DNA of 24,000 nt from Pseudomonadota bacterium (GTDB taxonomy: Bacteria; Pseudomonadota; Gammaproteobacteria; Burkholderiales; Sulfuriferulaceae), in NCBI GenBank assembly GCA_021801025.1, contig JAJYYK010000015.1, positions 26,606 to 50,605 on the forward strand. The letters run 5' to 3'. How positions within the stretch are numbered: the first letter of the stretch is position 1; every line of letters starts with the position of its first letter. The notes beneath the pieces were generated by a model. It did no database searches. It was not told where the DNA came from and saw only the letters and a list, made by a program, of their open reading frames with translations. The position numbers and the translations under genes are program-made. Of the stretch, positions 17,122-24,000 are shown piece by piece.

Positions 17122-17976
17122 TTAATCGAATACCACCGTCTTGTTGGCATACAACAACACCCGGTGTTCGATATGCAAACGCACTGCATGCGACAATACG
17201 ATTTTTTCCAGGTCTGCGCCGCGCCTCACCAAATCATCCAGATCGTCGCGGTGTGAAATGCGTGCCACATCTTGCTCAATGATGGGCCCATCATCCAGGA
17301 CTTCGGTCACATAATGACTGGTTGCTCCGATCAGCTTTACGCCGCGCTCAAAAGCTTGATGGTAGGGCTTTGCGCCATGAAATGCGGGTAAAAATGAGTG
17401 GTGTATATTGATGATGCGGTTAGGGTAGTGCCGGATAAATTCCGGTGACAACACCTGCATATAACGCGCCAGCACGATGAAGTCCACATGATTGCGGCGC
17501 AAAATTGCCAATTGCGTGGCTTCGGCTTCCGTTTTGCTGTCTTTGTGCACAGGAATGTGCTGGAAAGGGATGCCGTAGGCTTGTGCAAGCCACTGCGTGT
17601 CCGTGTGATTGCTGATGATGATGGGGATGTCGCAATTCAATTCGCCGGCTTGATAACGGTACAAGAGATCAGCCAGACAGTGATCATAGCGCGAGACAAA
17701 AATCGCCAAACGTGGACGATGTCCCGAATGGGCCAGTTGCCACTGCATCTCAAATTGCCGGGCAATCGGTGAAAATGCTGAATCAAAAGTCTCCAGATCC
17801 AGGTCAAATTGGCTCAAGTCCCATTCCACACGCATTAAAAACGTACCGGTTTCTGCATCCTGATGCTGGTCGGCATGCAGAATATTGGCGTTGTGTTGAT
17901 AAAGGAATTGGGCAATCGCAGCCACCAGACCTTTTTGGTCCGGGCAACTGATGAGCAGAATAGCGGTATTGGGCAT
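17122..17976 (-). CDS. purU: Formyltetrahydrofolate deformylase
   Basis: Trimmed to the ATG at 17974-17976 (MPNTAILLISCPDQKGLVAAIAQFLYQHNANI, the ACT domain as in E. coli PurU). Formyltransferase core ...IISNH...LARYMQVLSPEF...IINIHHSFLPAF.GAKPY.QA. The GTG start in the track at 18027 is less likely. Confidence 0.9.
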   Translation of the reverse strand: MPNTAILLISCPDQKGLVAAIAQFLYQHNANILHADQHQDAETGTFLMRVEWDLSQFDLDLETFDSAFSPIARQFEMQWQLAHSGHRPRLAIFVSRYDHCLADLLYRYQAGELNCDIPIIISNHTDTQWLAQAYGIPFQHIPVHKDSKTEAEATQLAILRRNHVDFIVLARYMQVLSPEFIRHYPNRIINIHHSFLPAFHGAKPYHQAFERGVKLIGATSHYVTEVLDDGPIIEQDVARISHRDDLDDLVRRGADLEKIVLSHAVRLHIEHRVLLYANKTVVFD

Positions 17977-18165
17977 GGCAAAAAAAGTGCGGACAGGAAC
18001 AATGCTGTCATCATACCGATATGCCACGTGTTATGCCATAAAAGGTGGCCCGATTGCCAGTGACGCCAGAAAAGCATTCCCGTCAGAAATCATTTTAAAA
18101 AACGCTTGTGTTAAAGCTTTGGCATGGCTAGAATTACCAAATCGTGTAGTTTGGCTGTATTAGAA

Positions 18166-18181
18166 ATACCATATGTTGTGT
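18166..18181. promoter_or_regulatory. Candidate NrdR box upstream of nrdA
   Basis: ATACCATATGTTGTGT matches 13 of 16 positions of the published NrdR palindrome acaCwAtATaTwGtgt, including C4, A6, A8, T9, T11 and G13. I could not find a convincing second box at the usual 31-32 bp spacing. Confidence 0.3.
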
Positions 18182-18210
18182 ATAAGGGTATCGTCAAGCT
18201 GTCATTAATT

Positions 18211-18219
18211 TGTGGACAA
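18211..18219. promoter_or_regulatory. DnaA-box-like 9-mer upstream of nrdA
   Basis: TGTGGACAA is the reverse complement of TTGTCCACA, an 8 of 9 match to TTATCCACA. E. coli nrdAB is known to carry DnaA boxes. A single 9-mer with a mismatch is weak evidence. Confidence 0.2.
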
Positions 18220-18312
18220 GCTGTGTATAAAATGGGGATATATGCCCTGTTTTGTGTTGTAACCGAATGAAATTTTTGTCTATATTAACCTGTTAAAAGA
18301 ATAGGAACTCCC

Positions 18313-21177
18313 ATGCAAACAGTGAGCACTGTGGCCTCCAAAGAACCGAACATTCATCTTGTGTCTGAGCGGGTGTCTGAATTGAACGCGCAGGCGACTT
18401 TGCATGATTACAAGATTATCCGGCGTAATGGCGCTGTGGTGGCGTTTGAGCCAGGCAAGATTGCGATTGCCCTGACGAAGGCATTTATCGCCGTACACGG
18501 TGGGCAGGCGGCGGCGTCAGCGCGTGTCCGTGAAATGGTTGAGCAATTGACCGGTTCGGTCGTGCAGGTGCTGATGCGGCGTTTACCGCATGGCGGAGCC
18601 TGGCACATTGAAGACATTCAGGATCAGGTTGAATTGTCGCTGATGCGTTCCGGTGAGCATGAAGTAGCGCGTGCTTATGTGCTCTATCGCGAAAAACGCA
18701 ATCAGGAGCGCGCCGCCCAGCGAGCAGCGGGCGCAGAACAGCCCAGTATTTTTGTGGTGGATGGCGAGCAGCGTAAACCCTTGGACATGGCCGATCTGGA
18801 AGCGCAAATCGCTGCGGCGTGCGAAGGTTTGGAGCAGGTGGATGTTCAATCGATTTTGCAGGCGGCGGTGCGTGACATTTATGATGGTGTCAGCATTGGA
18901 GAGGTTGAGCGGGCATTGGTTCTGGCAGCGCGTGCCCGCATCGAACAGGATCCGGGCTATACCTATGTCAGCGCACGCTTGTTGCTGGATTCGATGCGGC
19001 GAGAAGTGCTGGGTCGTACGACCAGCCAGGCCGAAATGAGCACGGAGTACGCCGTCTATTTCCCCGGCTATATTCAGCAGGGCATTCAGGCCGAATTGCT
19101 CGATGAGCGCCTGGGGCAGTTCGATTTGGCGCGTTTGTCCAGTGAGCTGGTCGCCAAGCGCGACTACCAGTTTGATTATCTGGGTTTGCAAACCCTGTAT
19201 GACCGCTATTTCCTGCACATTGAAGAGAAGCGCATTGAATTGCCGCAGGCTTTTTACATGCGGGTGGCGATGGGTCTGGCACTGAATGAAATTGACCGTG
19301 AAGCCCGTGCGATAGAGTTTTACCATGTGCTGTCCAGCTTTGATTTTATGAGCTCGACACCCACGCTGTTTAACGCAGGCACACGTCATAGTCAGTTGTC
19401 ATCGTGTTATTTGACCACCGTGTCCGATGATCTGGACGGGATTTATCAGGCCATCAAAGAAAACGCCATGCTGCAAAAATACGCAGGCGGTCTGGGTAAC
19501 GACTGGACGCCGGTGCGTTCAATGGGGGCACGCATCAAGGGCACGAATGGTAAATCGCAGGGCGTGGTACCCTTTCTCAAAGTGGTCAATGACACCGCCG
19601 TGGCGGTCAATCAGGGCGGCAAGCGCAAGGGCGCGGTCTGTGCATACCTGGAAACCTGGCACATGGATGTGGAAGAGTTTCTGGATTTGCGCAAGAATAC
19701 CGGTGATGACCGTCGACGCACGCACGACATGAATACCGCCAACTGGATTCCTGATTTGTTTATGCGTCGGGTGATGGAAAATGCCGAATGGACCCTGTTC
19801 AGCCCGTCGGATGTGCCGGATTTGCATGATTTGTATGGCAAAGCATTTGAAACCGCTTATGTGGCTTATGAAGCCATGGCCGATGCAGGTACGATTCGTC
19901 ATTTCAAACGGATACCTGCCGTGCAAATGTGGCGCAAAATGTTGAGTATGTTATTTGAAACCGGTCATCCCTGGATTACCTTCAAGGACCCGTGCAATAT
20001 TCGCAGTCCGCAACAGCACGTTGGCGTGGTGCACAGTTCCAATTTGTGTACGGAGATCACGCTCAATACCTCAGCGACGGAAATCGCGGTGTGTAATTTG
20101 GGTTCCGTCAATTTGGTACGGCACCTGAAAACCGACGCACAAGGCAACAAGCAGCTGGATATTGAAAAAGTGCAACGCACCATTCGCGTGGCCATGCGAA
20201 TGCTGGACAATGTGGTGGACGTCAATTTTTACGCGGTAGGCAAAGCGCGCAATTCCAACCTCAAGCACCGACCTGTGGGTTTGGGGATCATGGGTTTTCA
20301 GGACTGTTTGTATGCCATGCGTGTGCCCTATGCCTCTGAGCAAGCGGTAGAATTTGCCGACCGATCAATGGAAGCGGTGTGCTATTACGCCTATTGGGCA
20401 TCCAGCGAACTGGCTGCCGAGCGCGGCAGTTATTCCAGTTATTCAGGTTCCCTGTGGGATCAGGGTATTTTGCCGCAAGACACGCTCAATATGCTGGAAG
20501 AACAGCGTGGCGGTTATGTGGAAGTGGATCGCAGCAGTACCCTGGATTGGGATGCGTTGCGTGCGCAGATTCGTCAACACGGGATGCGTAATTCCAATTG
20601 TGTGGCGATTGCGCCCACCGCGACTATTTCCAATATTGTCGGGGTGTCCGCCAGCATTGAACCCGCGTACCAGAATATTTACGTCAAATCCAACTTGTCT
20701 GGCGAGTTCACCATGACCAACGAATATCTGGTGCGTGACCTCAAAGCCTTGCGTCTGTGGGATGAAGTGATGGTGGGCGATATCAAGTACTTTGATGGTG
20801 CCTTGTCAAAAATAGATCGCATTCCGGCAGAATTGCGCCAGTTGTATGCCACCGCGTTTGAAATTGACGCAAAATGGCTGGTGGAATGCGCGTCGCGTCG
20901 CCAGAAATGGATCGATCAGGCTCAAAGTCTGAACATCTATCTCGCTGGCGCATCAGGCAAGAAACTGGATGAAACCTATAAACTGGCCTGGTTGCGCGGT
21001 TTGAAAACCACCTATTACTTGCGTAGCATGGGTGCCACCAGCGCGGAAAAATCGACTGGAAAAGGGGGGGAATTGAACGCTGTGAGCGTACATGCCGCCG
21101 CACCCATTGCAGAAGTCGCGATGACCGATGTGAAATTTTGCGCGATTGATGACCCCGGTTGTGAGTCGTGTCAGTGA
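18313..21177 (+). CDS. nrdA: Ribonucleoside-diphosphate reductase, alpha subunit (class Ia)
   Basis: 954 aa. N-terminal ATP-cone-like region (YKIIRRNGAVVAFEPGKI). Catalytic motifs ...FNAGT..SQLSSCYL..., ...SSNLCTEI..., ...NSNCVAIAPTATIS.... C-terminal CxxC-type tail (DDPGCESCQ). Confidence 0.95.
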   Translation: MQTVSTVASKEPNIHLVSERVSELNAQATLHDYKIIRRNGAVVAFEPGKIAIALTKAFIAVHGGQAAASARVREMVEQLTGSVVQVLMRRLPHGGAWHIEDIQDQVELSLMRSGEHEVARAYVLYREKRNQERAAQRAAGAEQPSIFVVDGEQRKPLDMADLEAQIAAACEGLEQVDVQSILQAAVRDIYDGVSIGEVERALVLAARARIEQDPGYTYVSARLLLDSMRREVLGRTTSQAEMSTEYAVYFPGYIQQGIQAELLDERLGQFDLARLSSELVAKRDYQFDYLGLQTLYDRYFLHIEEKRIELPQAFYMRVAMGLALNEIDREARAIEFYHVLSSFDFMSSTPTLFNAGTRHSQLSSCYLTTVSDDLDGIYQAIKENAMLQKYAGGLGNDWTPVRSMGARIKGTNGKSQGVVPFLKVVNDTAVAVNQGGKRKGAVCAYLETWHMDVEEFLDLRKNTGDDRRRTHDMNTANWIPDLFMRRVMENAEWTLFSPSDVPDLHDLYGKAFETAYVAYEAMADAGTIRHFKRIPAVQMWRKMLSMLFETGHPWITFKDPCNIRSPQQHVGVVHSSNLCTEITLNTSATEIAVCNLGSVNLVRHLKTDAQGNKQLDIEKVQRTIRVAMRMLDNVVDVNFYAVGKARNSNLKHRPVGLGIMGFQDCLYAMRVPYASEQAVEFADRSMEAVCYYAYWASSELAAERGSYSSYSGSLWDQGILPQDTLNMLEEQRGGYVEVDRSSTLDWDALRAQIRQHGMRNSNCVAIAPTATISNIVGVSASIEPAYQNIYVKSNLSGEFTMTNEYLVRDLKALRLWDEVMVGDIKYFDGALSKIDRIPAELRQLYATAFEIDAKWLVECASRRQKWIDQAQSLNIYLAGASGKKLDETYKLAWLRGLKTTYYLRSMGATSAEKSTGKGGELNAVSVHAAAPIAEVAMTDVKFCAIDDPGCESCQ

Positions 21178-21236
21178 CAACCTTGTCAGACTCTCCGGCA
21201 GCGGACCGAGCGTAAAAAATTAAGGAGAATATAATT

Positions 21237-22403
21237 ATGTTGAATTTTGAAGATGCCCCTGCCCCAAAAAAAACTGTTGCGCCCAGCAGTTTCGGTGCGC
21301 CGGTGAGCATGCATGCCTCCGGCGTTGAAACGCCGGAGCATTCCGTTGCGGCAACCGCAGCAAAAGTAGCTGCGGCTGACAGCTTCAGTCGTGTGCGTGC
21401 CGAGGACAAACGCATCATCAATGGCACCGCAGACGTGAACCAGTTGGTGCCGTTCAAATACAAATGGGCGTGGGACAAATACCTGGCCGGTTGCGCCAAT
21501 CACTGGATGCCGCAGGAAATCAACATGAGTCGCGACATCGCGCAATGGAAAGATCCCACGGCGCTGAGCGAAGATGAACGCCGTATTGTGATGCGCAACC
21601 TGGGTTTTTTTACCACGGCCGACAGCCTGGCTGCGAATAACATCGTGCTGGGCACCTATCGTCATATCACTGCACCGGAATGCCGGCAATATATGCTGCG
21701 CCAGGCGTTTGAAGAAGCCATTCATACCCATGCCTATCAATACATAGTTGAAAGTCTGGCACTGGATGAAGGTGAGGTGTTCAATGCCTATCACGAGATT
21801 ACCAGCATTCGTGAAAAGGACGAATTCTTGATGCCGTTTATTGACGTGCTGTCTAACCCTGAATTTAAAACCGGTACCTTTGAAAACGACCAGGCACTGC
21901 TCAAATCATTGATCGTGTTTGCGTGCATCATGGAAGGCCTGTTTTTCTATGTTGGGTTTGTGCAAATTCTGGCATTGGGGCGCCAAAACAAAATGACTGG
22001 CGCAGCAGAGCAATATCAATACATCCTGCGCGACGAATCCATGCACTGCAACTTCGGTATTGATTTGATTAACACGATCAAACAGGAAAATCCGCAACTG
22101 TGGACACCCGCTTTTCGTGAGGAAATCCGTGATTTGATACAACGTGGCGTCGAACTCGAATACCGTTACGCTGAAGACACCATGCCCCGTGGTGTATTGG
22201 GCCTCAACTCAGCCATGTTCAAGGAATACCTGCGTTTTATTGCGAATCGCCGTTGCCAGCAAATTGGCCTGGATGAGCTGTATGAGAATGCGGACAATCC
22301 CTTCCCGTGGATGAGCGAAATGGTGGATTTAAAAAAAGAGAAAAACTTTTTTGAAACAAGGGTGACGGAATATCAGACGGGCGGGGCATTGAGTTGGGAG
22401 TGA
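21237..22403 (+). CDS. nrdB: Ribonucleoside-diphosphate reductase, beta subunit
   Basis: 388 aa. SD AAGGAG at 21223-21228, 8 nt upstream of the ATG. Di-iron/tyrosyl-radical motifs (...[12 protein letters not shown]..., ...[12 protein letters not shown]..., ...MEGLFFY.GF..., ...[10 protein letters not shown]...). Confidence 0.95.
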   Translation: MLNFEDAPAPKKTVAPSSFGAPVSMHASGVETPEHSVAATAAKVAAADSFSRVRAEDKRIINGTADVNQLVPFKYKWAWDKYLAGCANHWMPQEINMSRDIAQWKDPTALSEDERRIVMRNLGFFTTADSLAANNIVLGTYRHITAPECRQYMLRQAFEEAIHTHAYQYIVESLALDEGEVFNAYHEITSIREKDEFLMPFIDVLSNPEFKTGTFENDQALLKSLIVFACIMEGLFFYVGFVQILALGRQNKMTGAAEQYQYILRDESMHCNFGIDLINTIKQENPQLWTPAFREEIRDLIQRGVELEYRYAEDTMPRGVLGLNSAMFKEYLRFIANRRCQQIGLDELYENADNPFPWMSEMVDLKKEKNFFETRVTEYQTGGALSWE

Positions 22404-22462
22404 TGGGCTGATTCGCCGAATTTCATTCATCTTGTCACGGCGTTTCACTCAAGAGACAACCA

Positions 22463-22488
22463 GACCCCGGAAGCGGGGTCTTTTTTTT
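22463..22488 (+). terminator. Rho-independent terminator of nrdAB
   Basis: GACCCCG-gaag-CGGGGTC (22463-22480) is followed by T8 (22481-22488), about 60 nt after the nrdB stop. Confidence 0.8.
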
Positions 22489-22490
22489 GG

Positions 22491-22913
22491 GGGGCGCTGG
22501 ATGCAGCCGATGTCATTATCACGGGTTCGCCAACTTATATGGGTTCCGTCAGTTGGCAATTCAAAAAATTTGCAGATGAGTCTTCCCATCGCTGGTTTAC
22601 CCAAGCCTGGAAAGACAAGGTGTTTGGCGGCTTTACCAATTCCGCATCGATGAATGGCGACAAGCAGACCACGCTCCAATATCTTTATACGTTGGCCATG
22701 CAGCACAGTGGCATCTGGGTCGGAACCGGATTGATGCCCGCCAACAGCAAGGCAGCCCAGCGCAACGACATTAATTTTCTGGCTTCATTTTCCGGAGCCA
22801 TGATGCAAACGCCTTCCGACGCGAGTGTGGATGAACTTTTTCCTGGCGACCTGGAAACCGCGATGCGCTATGGCGAAAGGGTGGCAAATATAACGAAGCA
22901 ATTGCGTGGCTAA
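22491..22913 (+). pseudogene. 5'-truncated flavodoxin-like / WrbA-type NAD(P)H:quinone oxidoreductase gene (C-terminal two-thirds only)
   Basis: The frame translates ...GALDAADVIITGSPTYMGSVSWQFKKFADESSHRWFTQAWKDKVFGGFTNSASMNGDKQTTLQYLYTLAMQHSGIWVGTG.... This aligns by eye with E. coli WrbA from about residue 70 ([30 protein letters not shown]...). The N-terminal (M)KILVVYYS..G.T FMN phosphate-binding segment is absent, and the nrdB stop lies only 85 nt upstream of the homology. The first in-frame ATG is at 22539 (the 124-aa track ORF). Confidence 0.6.
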
Positions 22914-23133
22914 TTCAGCGGAAGGGCCATCCTTCGGATGCCACGTGCTGCCAGTCAGCGCAACGCCAAAGAATTGTTAGCCGTTGTATTTTCAATTTAA
23001 CACGGGCATGAGGGCATCTAACAAAAAGCGAAGTTTGGTGCGGGGCGCTCTGGCGGCAACATCGCTTGAACTGATTGAAAAGTTTGCGCCTGAATCTTTT
23101 TTATATATCACCCAAGCTCCCGGGCGCTAAACC

Positions 23134-23628
23134 CTACATTTTCACCGTGCTTAAACGTAGCATCAGTGTCATGGGATGCATCGGAGATACTTGAAACCCG
23201 TAGTGCTCATAAAATCGCTGGGCATTCTCATGAAGTGCGTGCACAAGCAAGGCTCGTACCCCAGTATTTTGAGATACTGCGACGGCACGATTGACGGCAT
23301 TTTGCAACAATGCCGCGCCAAGCTTGATGTCTTGTGCACGATGGTCTACCGCGAGTCGAGCCAATACCATTACGGGGACTGGATCTGGCATGTTGCGCCG
23401 CACGGAACTGGTGGCTACTTGATGCGAAACAGCACCGGCGGCCATCGCATAGAAGCCAAAAACCTGGTTATCCTGATCCGCAACCACGAATGTTCGGCTG
23501 GCACCGCTCAATTGATTGTTCATCGCTCGATGTTTAAGCCACTCATCCAGAACAGGTTCTCTACACGTAAAATCAGTCAACACGTGGGACATTGCCAGCG
23601 GCACGGGTTCTGAAAGTTGCAAAATCAT
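23134..23628 (-). CDS. GNAT-family acetyltransferase toxin (TacT/AtaT/KacT-like) of a type II TA module
   Basis: 164 aa, starting 3 nt after the stop of a DUF1778 gene. Motifs typical of the family: FTCREPVLDEWLKHRAMNN, GFYAMAAGAV, PVMVLARLAVDHRAQDIKLGAALLQNAVNRA, RFYEHYGF. Confidence 0.85.
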   Translation of the reverse strand: MILQLSEPVPLAMSHVLTDFTCREPVLDEWLKHRAMNNQLSGASRTFVVADQDNQVFGFYAMAAGAVSHQVATSSVRRNMPDPVPVMVLARLAVDHRAQDIKLGAALLQNAVNRAVAVSQNTGVRALLVHALHENAQRFYEHYGFQVSPMHPMTLMLRLSTVKM

Positions 23629-23631
23629 GCC

Positions 23632-23898
23632 TTAATTCCCACCCCACGGAGCTTTCACAGCCATAAGGCGTTCGAGGCCTGAATTAGGACTGACTGGCGT
23701 ATCTAGCATGGCAGTAAATTGAGCAAATCTTTCAGAATCCAAACTGAAGAAGATTTGATCCAAGATTACGGCTTGCGCTCGCTCGCAAGCTACCTCTAGC
23801 ATAAAGTCAGAGCGGTTTTTACCCAACAGATTCGCGGCATGGTCAATCAAATCTCGCTGCTCGGGCAAAGCCCTCAGATTGATGGCGGCATCACGCAT
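23632..23898 (-). CDS. DUF1778 (RHH) antitoxin, TacA/AtaR/KacA-like
   Basis: 88 aa. INLRALPEQRDLIDHAANLLGKNRSDFMLEVACERAQAVILDQ..F.LD.E.F..F..MLD is the canonical DUF1778 pattern. SD AGAGG (complement of 23905-23909). Confidence 0.85.
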   Translation of the reverse strand: MRDAAINLRALPEQRDLIDHAANLLGKNRSDFMLEVACERAQAVILDQIFFSLDSERFAQFTAMLDTPVSPNSGLERLMAVKAPWGGN

Positions 23899-23917
23899 AG
23901 ATCACCTCTTTGGTTGT

Positions 23918-23965
23918 ATACACAATAGATACACAAAGATTAGTGCATTATATAGTTAGTGTCAA
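23918..23965 (-). promoter_or_regulatory. Putative TA promoter with a direct-repeat/palindrome operator
   Basis: Read on the minus strand: TTGACA (23960-23965), a 17-nt spacer, TAATCT (23937-23942), then two TTGTGTAT repeats (complement of ATACACAA at 23918-23925 and 23929-23936) 11 bp apart. The proximal repeat is embedded in the palindrome TGTATACA. This layout is typical of autoregulated RHH antitoxin operators. Confidence 0.45.
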
Positions 23966-24000
23966 CCACTACCCGTACGAATAAAGGGGACGCTACCCTT

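Noticed and set aside
18583-19389. 268-aa ORF on the minus strand inside nrdA. Similar long antisense ORFs occur at 20783..21499 (238 aa) and 21186..21794 (202 aa) across nrdA/nrdB.
   Set aside because: They lie fully antisense to genes with unmistakable RNR motifs. Their translations are Arg/His/Gln/Cys-rich with no recognisable domains. This is typical of stop-poor antisense frames in strongly codon-biased genes.
22432-22706. ORFs 22432..22653 (+, 73 aa) and 22449..22706 (-, 85 aa)
   Set aside because: Both run through the nrdB terminator hairpin and the T/G homopolymer tract. They are out of frame or antisense to the flavodoxin-homologous frame, which is the only frame with recognisable similarity.
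1-24000. Search by eye for CRISPR arrays, tRNA/rRNA genes, transposase or integrase genes, and long tandem repeats
   Set aside because: I saw no regularly spaced direct repeats, no tRNA-like conserved T-arm (GGTTCGAATCC) sequences, and no recombinase-like ORFs in the six-frame track. Visual inspection cannot exclude short or degenerate elements.

Overview
This window reads as a chromosomal segment of a Gram-negative bacterium. The gene order suggests a betaproteobacterium, but that is inference only. Most of it is conserved housekeeping or cell-envelope genes. On the minus strand, a roughly 12 kb co-directional block runs DUF748 giant protein, acs, yhdP-like giant protein, small exported protein, C-N hydrolase, then tldD (5' part, cut by the window edge). 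After that come ilvE plus a small Zn-finger protein, an MscS-like channel, an L,D-transpeptidase/DUF882 pair, a DUF2934 protein, gloA, purU and nrdAB. Directly after the nrdB terminator the character changes: a 5'-truncated flavodoxin/WrbA-like gene, a gene-free stretch that looks decayed, and a GNAT/DUF1778 type II toxin-antitoxin module that reaches almost to the window end. I found no rRNA, tRNA, CRISPR array, transposase or integrase. I also see no clear novel multi-gene defence-type system. The items most worth a second look are: (i) a 185-bp element at 1824-2008, bounded by inverted repeats and internally nested, that fills the yhdP/small-ORF intergenic gap and could be a structured RNA or a MITE; (ii) two AsmA-like giant envelope proteins flanking acs, one with a split OmpA-like C-terminus; (iii) the deletion scar and TA module downstream of nrdB. 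All protein calls come from reading the supplied translations for family-diagnostic motifs. No database search was run.
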